Shown: positions 17,578 to 26,947 of the stretch, piece after piece | Layout: each line of letters starts with the position of its first letter | Position numbering within the stretch: position 1 is the first letter of the stretch | Assembly (NCBI GenBank): GCA_040901985.1 | Contig: JBBDYC010000011.1 | Coordinates: 1-64,000 of the forward strand | DNA from: Gemmatimonadaceae bacterium | GTDB lineage: Bacteria; Gemmatimonadota; Gemmatimonadetes; Gemmatimonadales; Gemmatimonadaceae | Direction of reading: 5' to 3' | DNA length: 64,000 nt | Notes under the pieces: generated by a model | Databases searched by the model: none | What the model saw: only the letters and a program-made list of their open reading frames with translations | Told to the model about the DNA's origin: nothing | Position numbers and translations under genes: made by a program

Positions 17578-17991
17578 ATGACATCGTTGGGGTTTGAGGT
17601 CGAAGTGCCGCTCGCGTTCGCGGCCGCGCTCGACGTCACGCGCGACGCACTCAAGGCCGAGGGGTTCGGCGTCCTCACCGAGATTGACCTGCAGGCCGCC
17701 TTCAAGGAGAAGCTCGGCCGGGAGTTCCGCCCGTACCGGATCCTCGGCGCCTGCAACCCGCCGCTCGCGTTCGCGGCGGTGACCGAGGATCCGGCGATCG
17801 GGCTGTTGCTGCCGTGCAACGTCACGGTCGAGGAGCGGGACGCCGGTCGCTCGCTGGTGCGGTTGGTGGATCCCCGCTCGATGCTCGCGGCCGCGCCGGG
17901 CGGCCTCTCCCCCGCCCTGCAAACCGTCGCCGAGGATGCGCGCGGCCGGATCGAGCGCGTCGTCGCCGCGCTCAGGGCGCTGGCGCGCTGA
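17578..17991 (+). CDS. DUF302 domain protein
   Basis: 'EGFGVLTEIDLQA..KEKLG...YRILGACNP...IGLLLPCNV'. Confidence 0.92.
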   Translation: MTSLGFEVEVPLAFAAALDVTRDALKAEGFGVLTEIDLQAAFKEKLGREFRPYRILGACNPPLAFAAVTEDPAIGLLLPCNVTVEERDAGRSLVRLVDPRSMLAAAPGGLSPALQTVAEDARGRIERVVAALRALAR

Positions 17992-19504
17992 CTTGGTCGA
18001 GCCACGCCGTCGCCGCGCCGACGGTCGTCAGTTCCCCGCGGAGCAGCGCGGTCACGAGATCGTGCGTGACCATCGCGCTGAACGGCCGCTCGTATACCAC
18101 GCCCGTCGCCTGCCCGGGGAGCTTGAGGATGAACGGCACGCGCGGATCGGCGGGCTCGTTGAGGTACTGCGGCCGATAGCGCATCACGTGGTCGGAGAGG
18201 AGCAGTACCGCGGTGCCGTCCCACTTGCCGGCGGCCTCCATCTCGCGGCGCAGTTCGCCGAGCACGCGATCCATCAGGTGGAGGTTGTCGTAGTAGCCGT
18301 CGGGGTCGAACCGCGTCACCGTGTACGACTCCGACTCCTCGTCCCAGATCCAGGGCGTGTGCGGCAGGATCAGGTGCAGGAAGACGAGTCCGCGTCCGCC
18401 CGTCGTGACCGCCTCGAGGGCGTCGTCGCGCTGCGACTCCACGATCTCGATCTGCCGGAGGCGGAGACTCGTATAGGGAATCAGCGCGAGCTGCTGGTCC
18501 ACGAGCGCCCGCCAGAATCCGGTGTCCCGTCCGCGTGAACCGATGGTGCGCGTGGGGTAGGTCGAGCAGCCGTCGAGGTCGGGAAAGAGTCGGCAGTAGG
18601 GGTGGTACCAGCCGGCGAGGATCGCCACGCCACCGAGCGAATCGGCGTCGCGCAGCAGGTTGGGCGCGGTGGACCAGGGCTGCGTCTCGGTGCTGTCTAT
18701 CGTCAGGAGGAGTTCGTCGTCGCTGATGGGCCGCGAGTCGGTGACGCGGAGGCCGGAGAGCATCGCGGGGATCGAGACACCGGTCGTCCGGCCGATCTGC
18801 GTGACCTCTCGCGCGTCAATGGCGCCGGCGCGGAACCGGTCGAACTCCGGGAGCTCGAAGCCCGGCGGCCGCGCGTCAATGGCGTGGTGTGCGCTGAGCG
18901 CATCCATCACGATCACCACCACGCGCGGGCCAGCGGCCTCGGCGACCGGCGTGCCGATCGGCGGCGCCAGCGGCGCCAGCGCGTGCGTGGGATTGACGCT
19001 CACGAGGATCCACGCGGCGCGCGCGAAGGTCACCGCGACGAAGGGCGTGAGGATATAGACGAGGCCGACGGTGAGCTTGAGCGACCGCTCCGGCCAGCGG
19101 ACCGCGGCGGCGACAATGGCCAGCAACACCACGACGGGCGCGAGCGCCTCGAGGTACAAGCCGTTCCTCCACCGATCAATGACCGAGAGGACGCCGGGCG
19201 CGAGCTCAGGGCCGAGGGCGTTCAGCTGCGCGGCGAGGACGGTGACGAAACCGGCGATGATCGCGATCCGCCCGCGGCGGCCGAATCGCCGGGCGATCGC
19301 CGTCGCGCCGAGAAAGGCGGCGGCGAGGAGGAGCACGTTGAGGACGACCGCGAGGACATCCGAGTTGGCGACGCTGAGGAAGTACGCCTCGGTGGACGTC
19401 ACTGCGAGGATCTCGGCCCAGATCCGCAGATAGCAGATGTTGGCGAGCGAGAGCGCGATGGCGACGTCCCGGGCGGCGATTCGCGTCACTGAAGGGTCGG
19501 TCAT
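17972..19504 (-). CDS. Membrane-anchored alkaline-phosphatase/sulfatase superfamily protein (LtaS/EptA-like architecture)
   Basis: About 5 N-terminal TM helices, then 'VVVIVMDAL', 'TTGVSIP' (Thr nucleophile region), 'HLILPHTPW', 'LLLSDH'. Confidence 0.75.
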   Translation of the reverse strand: MTDPSVTRIAARDVAIALSLANICYLRIWAEILAVTSTEAYFLSVANSDVLAVVLNVLLLAAAFLGATAIARRFGRRGRIAIIAGFVTVLAAQLNALGPELAPGVLSVIDRWRNGLYLEALAPVVVLLAIVAAAVRWPERSLKLTVGLVYILTPFVAVTFARAAWILVSVNPTHALAPLAPPIGTPVAEAAGPRVVVIVMDALSAHHAIDARPPGFELPEFDRFRAGAIDAREVTQIGRTTGVSIPAMLSGLRVTDSRPISDDELLLTIDSTETQPWSTAPNLLRDADSLGGVAILAGWYHPYCRLFPDLDGCSTYPTRTIGSRGRDTGFWRALVDQQLALIPYTSLRLRQIEIVESQRDDALEAVTTGGRGLVFLHLILPHTPWIWDEESESYTVTRFDPDGYYDNLHLMDRVLGELRREMEAAGKWDGTAVLLLSDHVMRYRPQYLNEPADPRVPFILKLPGQATGVVYERPFSAMVTHDLVTALLRGELTTVGAATAWLDQVSAPAP

Positions 19505-20904
19505 CGCACGAAGAGGTGGAGGGTTCGTCCCGACTCACCGACCGGCTTGCGGAGCTGCTCGCGCAGGCCGAGGACGGCAAACGCCGCGCGCATTTCGTCT
19601 TCCGTGTAGCGGTCGAAGATGTCCTCGCGCGCGCTGAGCAACCGCTGCACTTGCGGGTCGGACTTCGGCACCCACTCGATGATCACCGTCGTGCCGAGGC
19701 GCGCGAGTTGCGCCGCCACGCCCTCGAGCGGGACGTTGTTGCCGATGGCGAGATGATGCACCAGCGCGAGCGCGAGCACCGCATCGAACGGACCGCGCGC
19801 CGCGAGCGACGGCCACTCGGCGTGGTCCCATCCCTGGGCCGGGCTCGGGTTGGCGAGGTCCACGAGGAGCGGGTGGATCCCCGTCTCCCCCTCGTCCGTG
19901 AGGCGCCGGAATCCGCGCTCGACCGCCACCGCGTCGCCGTCGGCGGCGACGACGAGCTCGGCGCCGGCGCGGCGCGCCACGCGCGAGTACTCGCCGGCGT
20001 TGGCGCCGAGGTCGAGCACGCGCCGGGCCCCGCTGGCGCGGACGAACTCGGCGACGAGCGACTGCTTGGCGTCGCGTCCCGCGGCGTCGTAGTTGTGGGT
20101 TTCCTCATAGGCGCCCCACTCGGTGCCCACCGGGCGCCACGCCAGTCGCTCGACCGTGCTCCGCAGGTGCGCGACCAGCCCCTCGTGTCCCCGTCGCGAC
20201 ACGCGCGCCTGCTGCACCTTGGCGGCCGCGCGGTCGGCGCGGGCGTCGGTGGCGGCGTGCCGCGAGATGCTCCGTGCGTGGAGGTGGATGTGGAACAGCA
20301 TCGCCGGGCGCAGCCAGCTCCGGCGCGGCAGGAGCCGCGACGCGAGATCGAGGGGAATCCCGTCCAGATGTTGGCGCAGCAGCCCGCCGAGGCGGATGTC
20401 AACGCGCGCCTGCAGGGCGAGCGGCGCGAGGAAGTGCTGGCAGAACTGTCGGTAGGCGATCCAGGGCGCGCCCTCCTCGGCGATCTCGAACGAGAGGGTG
20501 TCAATCAGGACCGGCCGCACGCCGCGGAACTGGATGTTGAAGGCACTCGCATCCTTGAGGGTCATCCCGTGCCCGAGCGCCACGTCCTGGACGCGGAGCG
20601 TGAGGAGCGCCGCCGCCCGCCGCTGGCCGAAGCTCCACTCGTACGGCATCGAGACGAAGGGGATGCGCTCGGGGCGGATGACGAACGCGGCGCCGGGACC
20701 CGCCGCCTCGGCGAGCGGCCGCTCCTCGTGGGGAATGAGCAGGCCGTCGGCCACCAACGCGGCATAGAGTCCGCTGGCCTTGAGCACCTCGAAGTGCCGG
20801 CGATAACGCTCCTGCACCTGTCGGAGCAGGACGCCGTCGCGGGTGAAGAGGAACCCACTGGGATCGCGGAACGAGCTCCCGATCCGCGATGCCGGCACGC
20901 TCAT
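19501..20904 (-). CDS. NoeA-like protein: kinase-like N-domain fused to class I SAM methyltransferase
   Basis: 'SFRDPSG', 'PYEWSF', 'LKDASAFNIQF', 'IDTLSF', then 'VLDLGANAGEYS', 'LALALVHHLAI'. Confidence 0.8.
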   Translation of the reverse strand: MSVPASRIGSSFRDPSGFLFTRDGVLLRQVQERYRRHFEVLKASGLYAALVADGLLIPHEERPLAEAAGPGAAFVIRPERIPFVSMPYEWSFGQRRAAALLTLRVQDVALGHGMTLKDASAFNIQFRGVRPVLIDTLSFEIAEEGAPWIAYRQFCQHFLAPLALQARVDIRLGGLLRQHLDGIPLDLASRLLPRRSWLRPAMLFHIHLHARSISRHAATDARADRAAAKVQQARVSRRGHEGLVAHLRSTVERLAWRPVGTEWGAYEETHNYDAAGRDAKQSLVAEFVRASGARRVLDLGANAGEYSRVARRAGAELVVAADGDAVAVERGFRRLTDEGETGIHPLLVDLANPSPAQGWDHAEWPSLAARGPFDAVLALALVHHLAIGNNVPLEGVAAQLARLGTTVIIEWVPKSDPQVQRLLSAREDIFDRYTEDEMRAAFAVLGLREQLRKPVGESGRTLHLFVR

Positions 20905-21065
20905 CCCTTGATGCGCTTGATCAATCGCGCCCACGCCTCGCGGAGCGCGAACCCCACACGCTTCATCGTGAGGAGTGCGCCGAGGGCGCCGGCGATGAGC
21001 GCCTGCAGGATGATCGACCCGGAGATGGGGTCGAGGTAGGCGTAGAGGATGTCGGGGGGCGTCAC
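20901..21065 (-). CDS. Small single-TM protein with AYLDPxSGS motif
   Basis: 'YAYLDPISGSIILQALIAG', a TM segment and a basic tail; ATGA overlap with the methyltransferase. Confidence 0.7.
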   Translation of the reverse strand: MTPPDILYAYLDPISGSIILQALIAGALGALLTMKRVGFALREAWARLIKRIKG

Positions 21066-21147
21066 CGGGCGCAATTTGCCGGCCGACCCTTGCCGACGCC
21101 AGCCCACCGTGGGAGACTACTGGATGACCAGGAGGCGAGGAGACGCC

Positions 21148-21312
21148 ATGGGCAAGAAGCGAAAGCACCCGATTCCGGACTTCAGTTCGAAGCGCCCCCC
21201 TGCCCCGCGGAACGCGCCCGACCGCGCCGCCCCGGGGCCGGTGCGCCCGCCGCGCGCGCAGGTGGTCAAGCCCCAGGCAACGTCAGCCAAGTCCGGCCAC
21301 CGCGGCCAATAG
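21148..21312 (+). CDS. Small basic hypothetical protein (54 aa)
   Basis: Strong GAGGAG RBS; Lys/Arg/Pro-rich ORF. Confidence 0.55.
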   Translation: MGKKRKHPIPDFSSKRPPAPRNAPDRAAPGPVRPPRAQVVKPQATSAKSGHRGQ

Positions 21313-21341
21313 GTGTCGGCGCGTCACGCGCGTCGGAGGTG

Positions 21342-22283
<942 letters not shown>

Positions 22284-22446
22284 TGGGCGGAGTATGGCGG
22301 CGCCTCGGGTCGGACGCCACCATCTGCTCTGGCCACGCGTGCCGGAGAGGCCGCGGAATACGTCCGCTTCGACTTCGTGCGCGACCAGCTCCGGCGCGTG
22401 GTCTGGATCTTCTACGTGGACTGACAGCCCAACTCGAAACCGACCG

Positions 22447-22704
22447 CTAGCGCCGACCTGCCGCGTAGGCGGCCGACATTGTCGGATCGGCCGCGATCCG
22501 GAAGAGCAACGAGTCGAAGCTGGCCCGCGTGAGCCCGTGCGCGGTGAGCACGGAGTCGGTCGCGGCGATGTTCGCCTCGATTGCGCGCGAGACGATCAGC
22601 GCGAGTTCGACATCGGTCGGCGGAGCCGACGCGGCCTCCTGTCCGGCCTTGCCACAGGCGGCCAGGGACAGGCAAATGGCGAGGAGGATCAGCGGGCGGT
22701 TCAT
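22447..22704 (-). CDS. Small hypothetical lipoprotein
   Basis: Lipobox 'LAAC'; ATGA overlap with the upstream gene. Confidence 0.7.
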   Translation of the reverse strand: MNRPLILLAICLSLAACGKAGQEAASAPPTDVELALIVSRAIEANIAATDSVLTAHGLTRASFDSLLFRIAADPTMSAAYAAGRR

Positions 22705-23249
22705 GGGCGCCTCGGCGGCGTGTTGGCGGGACGACCCTGACCGCGCGAAGTGTCGCGCGGCGCGGCCGTGCCTGGGGTGGGGCGACCGGCGCCGGCGGGG
22801 CGAGCAGCACCCGCGGGGCGACCGGCATCGTCGGGGCGACCGACACCGTCGGGGCGACCAACACCGTCAGGGCGCCCAACCCCGCGGCGCGCGTGCTCGG
22901 CGCGGATCCGCGCCGCGAGCTCCTGGCCGCGGACGCCAGCCTCGACCTGCGCGCGGACGAAGCTACCGAAGTTGTCCATCCTCCGGCGGCCGCTGTCGGC
23001 GGCGATCTCGGCGTCCAGCGCCGGCACGGCGTCGCCGGCAGGGATCGCGCCGCGGCGCATCGTGGCGAGGATATCGCGGATCGTGGAGTCGGCGACGCCC
23101 GACGCGCGGGCGCGCTGCATGACTTCGGGGAGCCGCAGGGCCCTGAGCAGCGCGCTGTCGGCGGCCGTTCGGGCAGGGGCTTGTGCGTCAGCGGTCGGCA
23201 CGATGCCGGCCAGCGCGGCGCAGATGAAGATGTAGATGGTGGGGCGCAT
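22701..23249 (-). CDS. Hypothetical secreted protein with GRP-x3 repeat tail
   Basis: GGAGG RBS; signal peptide; C-terminal GRPDGV-type repeats. Confidence 0.7.
   Translation of the reverse strand: MRPTIYIFICAALAGIVPTADAQAPARTAADSALLRALRLPEVMQRARASGVADSTIRDILATMRRGAIPAGDAVPALDAEIAADSGRRRMDNFGSFVRAQVEAGVRGQELAARIRAEHARRGVGRPDGVGRPDGVGRPDDAGRPAGAARPAGAGRPTPGTAAPRDTSRGQGRPANTPPRRP
22776..22883. repeat. Degenerate 18-bp coding tandem repeat (~6 copies)
   Basis: Units like ggggcgaccgacaccgtc encode GRPDGV/GRPDDA/GRPAGA on the minus strand. Confidence 0.75.
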
Positions 23250-23345
23250 TGAACCTCCGGGGTGCGGACTGACTACCCCGGAGTGGACCAAAGCATCCCT
23301 CGCCACCGCCCGGCGATCACCACGCCGGCCACAGCGGACGGCGAC

Positions 23346-23546
23346 CTACTTCGCCGTCCGCACCTCGCAGGTGTTCATCCCCAGCACGGCATACAGCGGA
23401 CACCACCCCACCAGTCCGGTGGCAATCGGGATAAGCCCAAGCCAGCCCCAGGGCGTCTGTGGACCGACGAACACCAGCGACACCAGCAAGAGGCCGAACA
23501 CGACACGCATCGTGCGGTCGACGGTTCCTTCGTTTGTCTTGAACAT
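23346..23546 (-). CDS. DUF2892 (YgaP-like) small membrane protein
   Basis: 'NEGTVDRTMRVVFG...GLIPIATGLVGWCPLYAVLGMNTC'. Confidence 0.92.
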   Translation of the reverse strand: MFKTNEGTVDRTMRVVFGLLLVSLVFVGPQTPWGWLGLIPIATGLVGWCPLYAVLGMNTCEVRTAK

Positions 23547-23779
23547 CGGGACACTCCCGTGCGAGAAGCGATCGGTTGACCCATTCACGATGCCGGCCCC
23601 TGCCGCCGCGAACCATCGGGGAGTGCCGCATCCTGCGCCGGGGAAACCCTGAGCGGGGCGCCGGACGGCTCCCCGATCGGGCTTGGCGGAATCCTTGACC
23701 GGACGCGGTATCCGGGCCACTGACCCGGGAGTACCTTTGGCGGTCCCGCTACACCTTCTCCCACTGCCCGGATGGTCGC

Positions 23780-26419
23780 CTGAGCGTAATTGATCGCCTC
23801 AACGCCGCGCTGGCCGACCGCTATCGTCTGGAGCGCGAGCTCGGCGCGGGGGGCATGGCGACCGTCTATCTCGCGGCGGACCTGAAGCACGACCGCAACG
23901 TCGCGCTCAAGGTGCTCAAGCCCGAGCTCGCCGCCGTCCTCGGGGCCGATCGCTTCGTGGTGGAAATCAAGACCACCGCCGCGCTGCAGCACCCGCACAT
24001 CCTCCCGCTCTTCGACAGTGGGACCGCCGACGGCTTCCTCTTCTATGTGATGCCGTACATCGAGGGCGAGACCCTCCGCGACAAGCTGAACCGCGAGACC
24101 CAGTTCGGCGTGGACGAGGCCGTACGGATCGCCTGCGAGGTGGCCGACGCGCTCGACTATGCACACCGCCACGGCGTGATCCACCGCGACATCAAGCCGG
24201 AGAACATCCTGCTCCACGACGGTCGCCCGATGGTGGCGGACTTCGGGATCGCGCTGGCGCTGAGCGCGGCGGCGGGCGGGCGGATGACCGAGACGGGGCT
24301 CTCGCTCGGGACGCCGCACTACATGAGCCCGGAGCAGGCGACGGCGGAAAAGGAGATCACCGGCCGCTCCGACGTCTATTCGCTGGCGAGCGTGCTCTAC
24401 GAGATGCTCACCGGCGAGCCGCCGCATATGGGCAAGTCGGCGCAGCAGATCATCATGAAGATCATCGCCGAGCCGGTGAAGCCGGTGACCGAGCTGCGGA
24501 AGTCGGTGCCGACGCACATCGCCGACGCGGTGGCACAGGCGCTCGAGAAACTGCCGGCCGACCGGTTCGGCACGGCGGCCGACTTCGCGGGTGCCCTCAA
24601 GGGCGCCGTCACCGCGCGCACGACCGTGCGCTCGGCGGCCGCGGCCGCCGCCGGCGTCGGCCCGTGGCGCCGGATCGCGCTCGGCGCCGGCGTGGTTGCG
24701 CTCGGCTTCGCGGCCCTCGCCGGCTGGGCGCTCGGGCGCACGCCCGACGCGCCGGTGACACGGGTCAGCGTCTCCTTCGTGGCGGGCGAACGCCTGCAGG
24801 CGGTGGCGACGCGCCGCTTTGACATCTCGCGCGATGGCGCGCGCATCGTCTACATCGGACCGGACTCCGCGGGCACCCGCCTCTGGATCCGCGAGATGTC
24901 GTCGCTCGTGGCGCGTCCGCTCCCGGGGACCAATGGCGCCCTCGCCCCGTTCTTCTCGCCCGACGGCCGGTCGGTGGGCTATCTCACCGGACTCCCCGGC
25001 GATGTACGGATCGTCCCGCTCGACGGGGGCTCCCAGGTGACGCTCGCCCGGGAGACCGCCGCGCCCTGGGGCGCCGACTGGGGTGATGACGGCAACATCT
25101 ACTTCACGCACACGACCTCACGCATTGCCCGCGTGCCGGCCGCCGGCGGCCCGGTCGAGATCGTCAGCACGCTCGACAGCGCCAAGAACGAGATCGAGCA
25201 CGACTGGCCGCAGCTCCTCCCCGATCGCAAGAGCGTGCTCGTCCAGATCTGGCACAACTCGATCGGCGATGCGACGCTGGGGATCCTCGATCTCGAGACC
25301 GGACGGACGACCGAGATCCTCGGGGCGGCCTTCGGCCGCTATCTCCCCTCCGGCCACATTGCCTATTCGACCTTCACCGGCGCGCTCGCGGTGGTCCCCT
25401 ACGACGTGAAGCGGCGCCGCCTCGGCGGCGCGCCGGTGGGAATCGTGGACGGCGTGCAGGTGGACGCCCAGAGCGGCTCGGCCCAGTTCGCCGTGTCGCA
25501 CACCGGGACACTCCTCTACATCGCCGGCGGTGGACTGGGCAGCGACCAGGTCGTCTGGGTGGATCGGGCCGGCCGAATGACGCCGGTGGATTCGGCCTGG
25601 CGCGGGAACTTCACGAACCTCGCGCTCGCCCCCGACGCCACGCGCCTCGCGGTGACCATCGTCAGCGCCGAGGGCGAGCAGGTCTGGGTGAAGGAACTCC
25701 CGCGCGGGCCGTTGACCCGGCTCTCCTTCGGCTCGGCGACGAACGGCCGCCCGGTCTGGGCGCCCGACAGTCGCCGGGTGGCATTCATTTCGGCGCGGGA
25801 CGGAAAGCGCGGCGCGTGGGTGCAGCGCGCCGACGGCAGCGCGCCGGCCGAACCGCTCTACCAATCCGACAAGGTGATGGACGAGATCCAGTTCACGCCC
25901 GACGGCCGCACACTGGTGTTCCGCACGGCGAGCGGCGGCGCGCACACGCGAGACGTCTTCGCAATCACGGTAGGCGTGGACAGCGCGCCGCGCGCGATCT
26001 CGGCCGGCCCATTCGACGAGTTCGGCCCCGCGATCTCACCCGATGGGCAGTGGGTGGCGTACGTCTCCAACGAGTCCGGACGCAACGAGGTCTACGTGCG
26101 CCGGCTCGCCAATCCCGGCGCCGGCCGCACGCAGGTCTCGGTGGACGGTGGCGAGGAGCCGCGCTGGGCGCCGAGCGGACGGGAGATCTTCTTCCGCTCC
26201 GGCCGCGGCGAGATGCTCGTCACAGCGGTGACGCTCGGCGCGCGGTTCGAGGCCCGGGAACGCCGCGTGCTCTTTCGCAGCCCGAGCATGGGCGCTGACG
26301 CGTACCACTACGGGTACGATGTCGCGCGCGACGGACAACGATTCCTGATGGTTAATCGCGCGCTGGCCGATGTCAGCGAACTCGTCCTCGTCCTGAACGG
26401 CCTCCGCAACCTTCCCTGA
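23780..26419 (+). CDS. Ser/Thr protein kinase with TM segment and TolB/PD40 beta-propeller repeats (probable CTG start)
   Basis: GAGGMATVY, VALKVL, HRDIKPEN, DFG, GTPHYMSPEQ; 'FSPDGR', 'WAPDSRR', 'ISPDGQWVAY' repeats. The reading frame extends upstream of the ATG at 23855. Confidence 0.9.
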   Translation: MSVIDRLNAALADRYRLERELGAGGMATVYLAADLKHDRNVALKVLKPELAAVLGADRFVVEIKTTAALQHPHILPLFDSGTADGFLFYVMPYIEGETLRDKLNRETQFGVDEAVRIACEVADALDYAHRHGVIHRDIKPENILLHDGRPMVADFGIALALSAAAGGRMTETGLSLGTPHYMSPEQATAEKEITGRSDVYSLASVLYEMLTGEPPHMGKSAQQIIMKIIAEPVKPVTELRKSVPTHIADAVAQALEKLPADRFGTAADFAGALKGAVTARTTVRSAAAAAAGVGPWRRIALGAGVVALGFAALAGWALGRTPDAPVTRVSVSFVAGERLQAVATRRFDISRDGARIVYIGPDSAGTRLWIREMSSLVARPLPGTNGALAPFFSPDGRSVGYLTGLPGDVRIVPLDGGSQVTLARETAAPWGADWGDDGNIYFTHTTSRIARVPAAGGPVEIVSTLDSAKNEIEHDWPQLLPDRKSVLVQIWHNSIGDATLGILDLETGRTTEILGAAFGRYLPSGHIAYSTFTGALAVVPYDVKRRRLGGAPVGIVDGVQVDAQSGSAQFAVSHTGTLLYIAGGGLGSDQVVWVDRAGRMTPVDSAWRGNFTNLALAPDATRLAVTIVSAEGEQVWVKELPRGPLTRLSFGSATNGRPVWAPDSRRVAFISARDGKRGAWVQRADGSAPAEPLYQSDKVMDEIQFTPDGRTLVFRTASGGAHTRDVFAITVGVDSAPRAISAGPFDEFGPAISPDGQWVAYVSNESGRNEVYVRRLANPGAGRTQVSVDGGEEPRWAPSGREIFFRSGRGEMLVTAVTLGARFEARERRVLFRSPSMGADAYHYGYDVARDGQRFLMVNRALADVSELVLVLNGLRNLP

Positions 26420-26434
26420 CCGGCGCAACCCGGC

Positions 26435-26875
26435 GTGCGGCTCTGGAGCCTCCATCCGCGGTACCTTGACCGCCGCGGTCTCGTCGCGCTTTGGCGCGAG
26501 GGACTGTTGGCGCAGGCGGTGCTGCGAGGACGGACGCGCGGCTACCGGCATCATCCGCAGCTGGAACGCTTCAGGCGCAGCCCGGCGCCGGTCGCCGCCA
26601 TCGGGGCCTACCTGGGAGCGGTCCACGCCGAGGCCGAGCGGCGCGGCTACCGGTTCGACCGCACCAAGCTCCCGCGCGCGCGCGGCGCGCCGCGATTGAC
26701 GGTCACCCGTGGGCAGCTCGAGTTCGAGTGGGAGCACCTCCGGGCGAAGCTCGCGGTGCGGGACCCGGCGTGGCTTCGCGCGTTGCCGTGCCCTGCGCCG
26801 ACGCAGGCGCATCCCGGTTTTCGAGTCGTCGCCGGTGGCGTCGAGGCGTGGGAGCGCGGCGGTGCCGGCAGGTGA
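26435..26875 (+). CDS. Pyrimidine-dimer DNA glycosylase / T4 endonuclease V-like protein
   Basis: 'MRLWSLHPRYLDRRGLVALWREGLLAQAVL.G.TRGYRHHPQL', 'EAERRGYRF'. Confidence 0.85.
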   Translation: MRLWSLHPRYLDRRGLVALWREGLLAQAVLRGRTRGYRHHPQLERFRRSPAPVAAIGAYLGAVHAEAERRGYRFDRTKLPRARGAPRLTVTRGQLEFEWEHLRAKLAVRDPAWLRALPCPAPTQAHPGFRVVAGGVEAWERGGAGR

Positions 26876-26947
26876 AGACGGTGCGGTGCCTGTGGACGCC
26901 GTCGCGGCGAAGCCGCTGTCTGCGTGAGTGCAGGTGTAGATTCCTCA

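Noticed and set aside
11465..17991. DASS + P-type ATPase + Usp + DUF302 cluster as a novel system
   Set aside because: Common co-located stress/transport genes with no distinctive coupling or shared motif that I can support.
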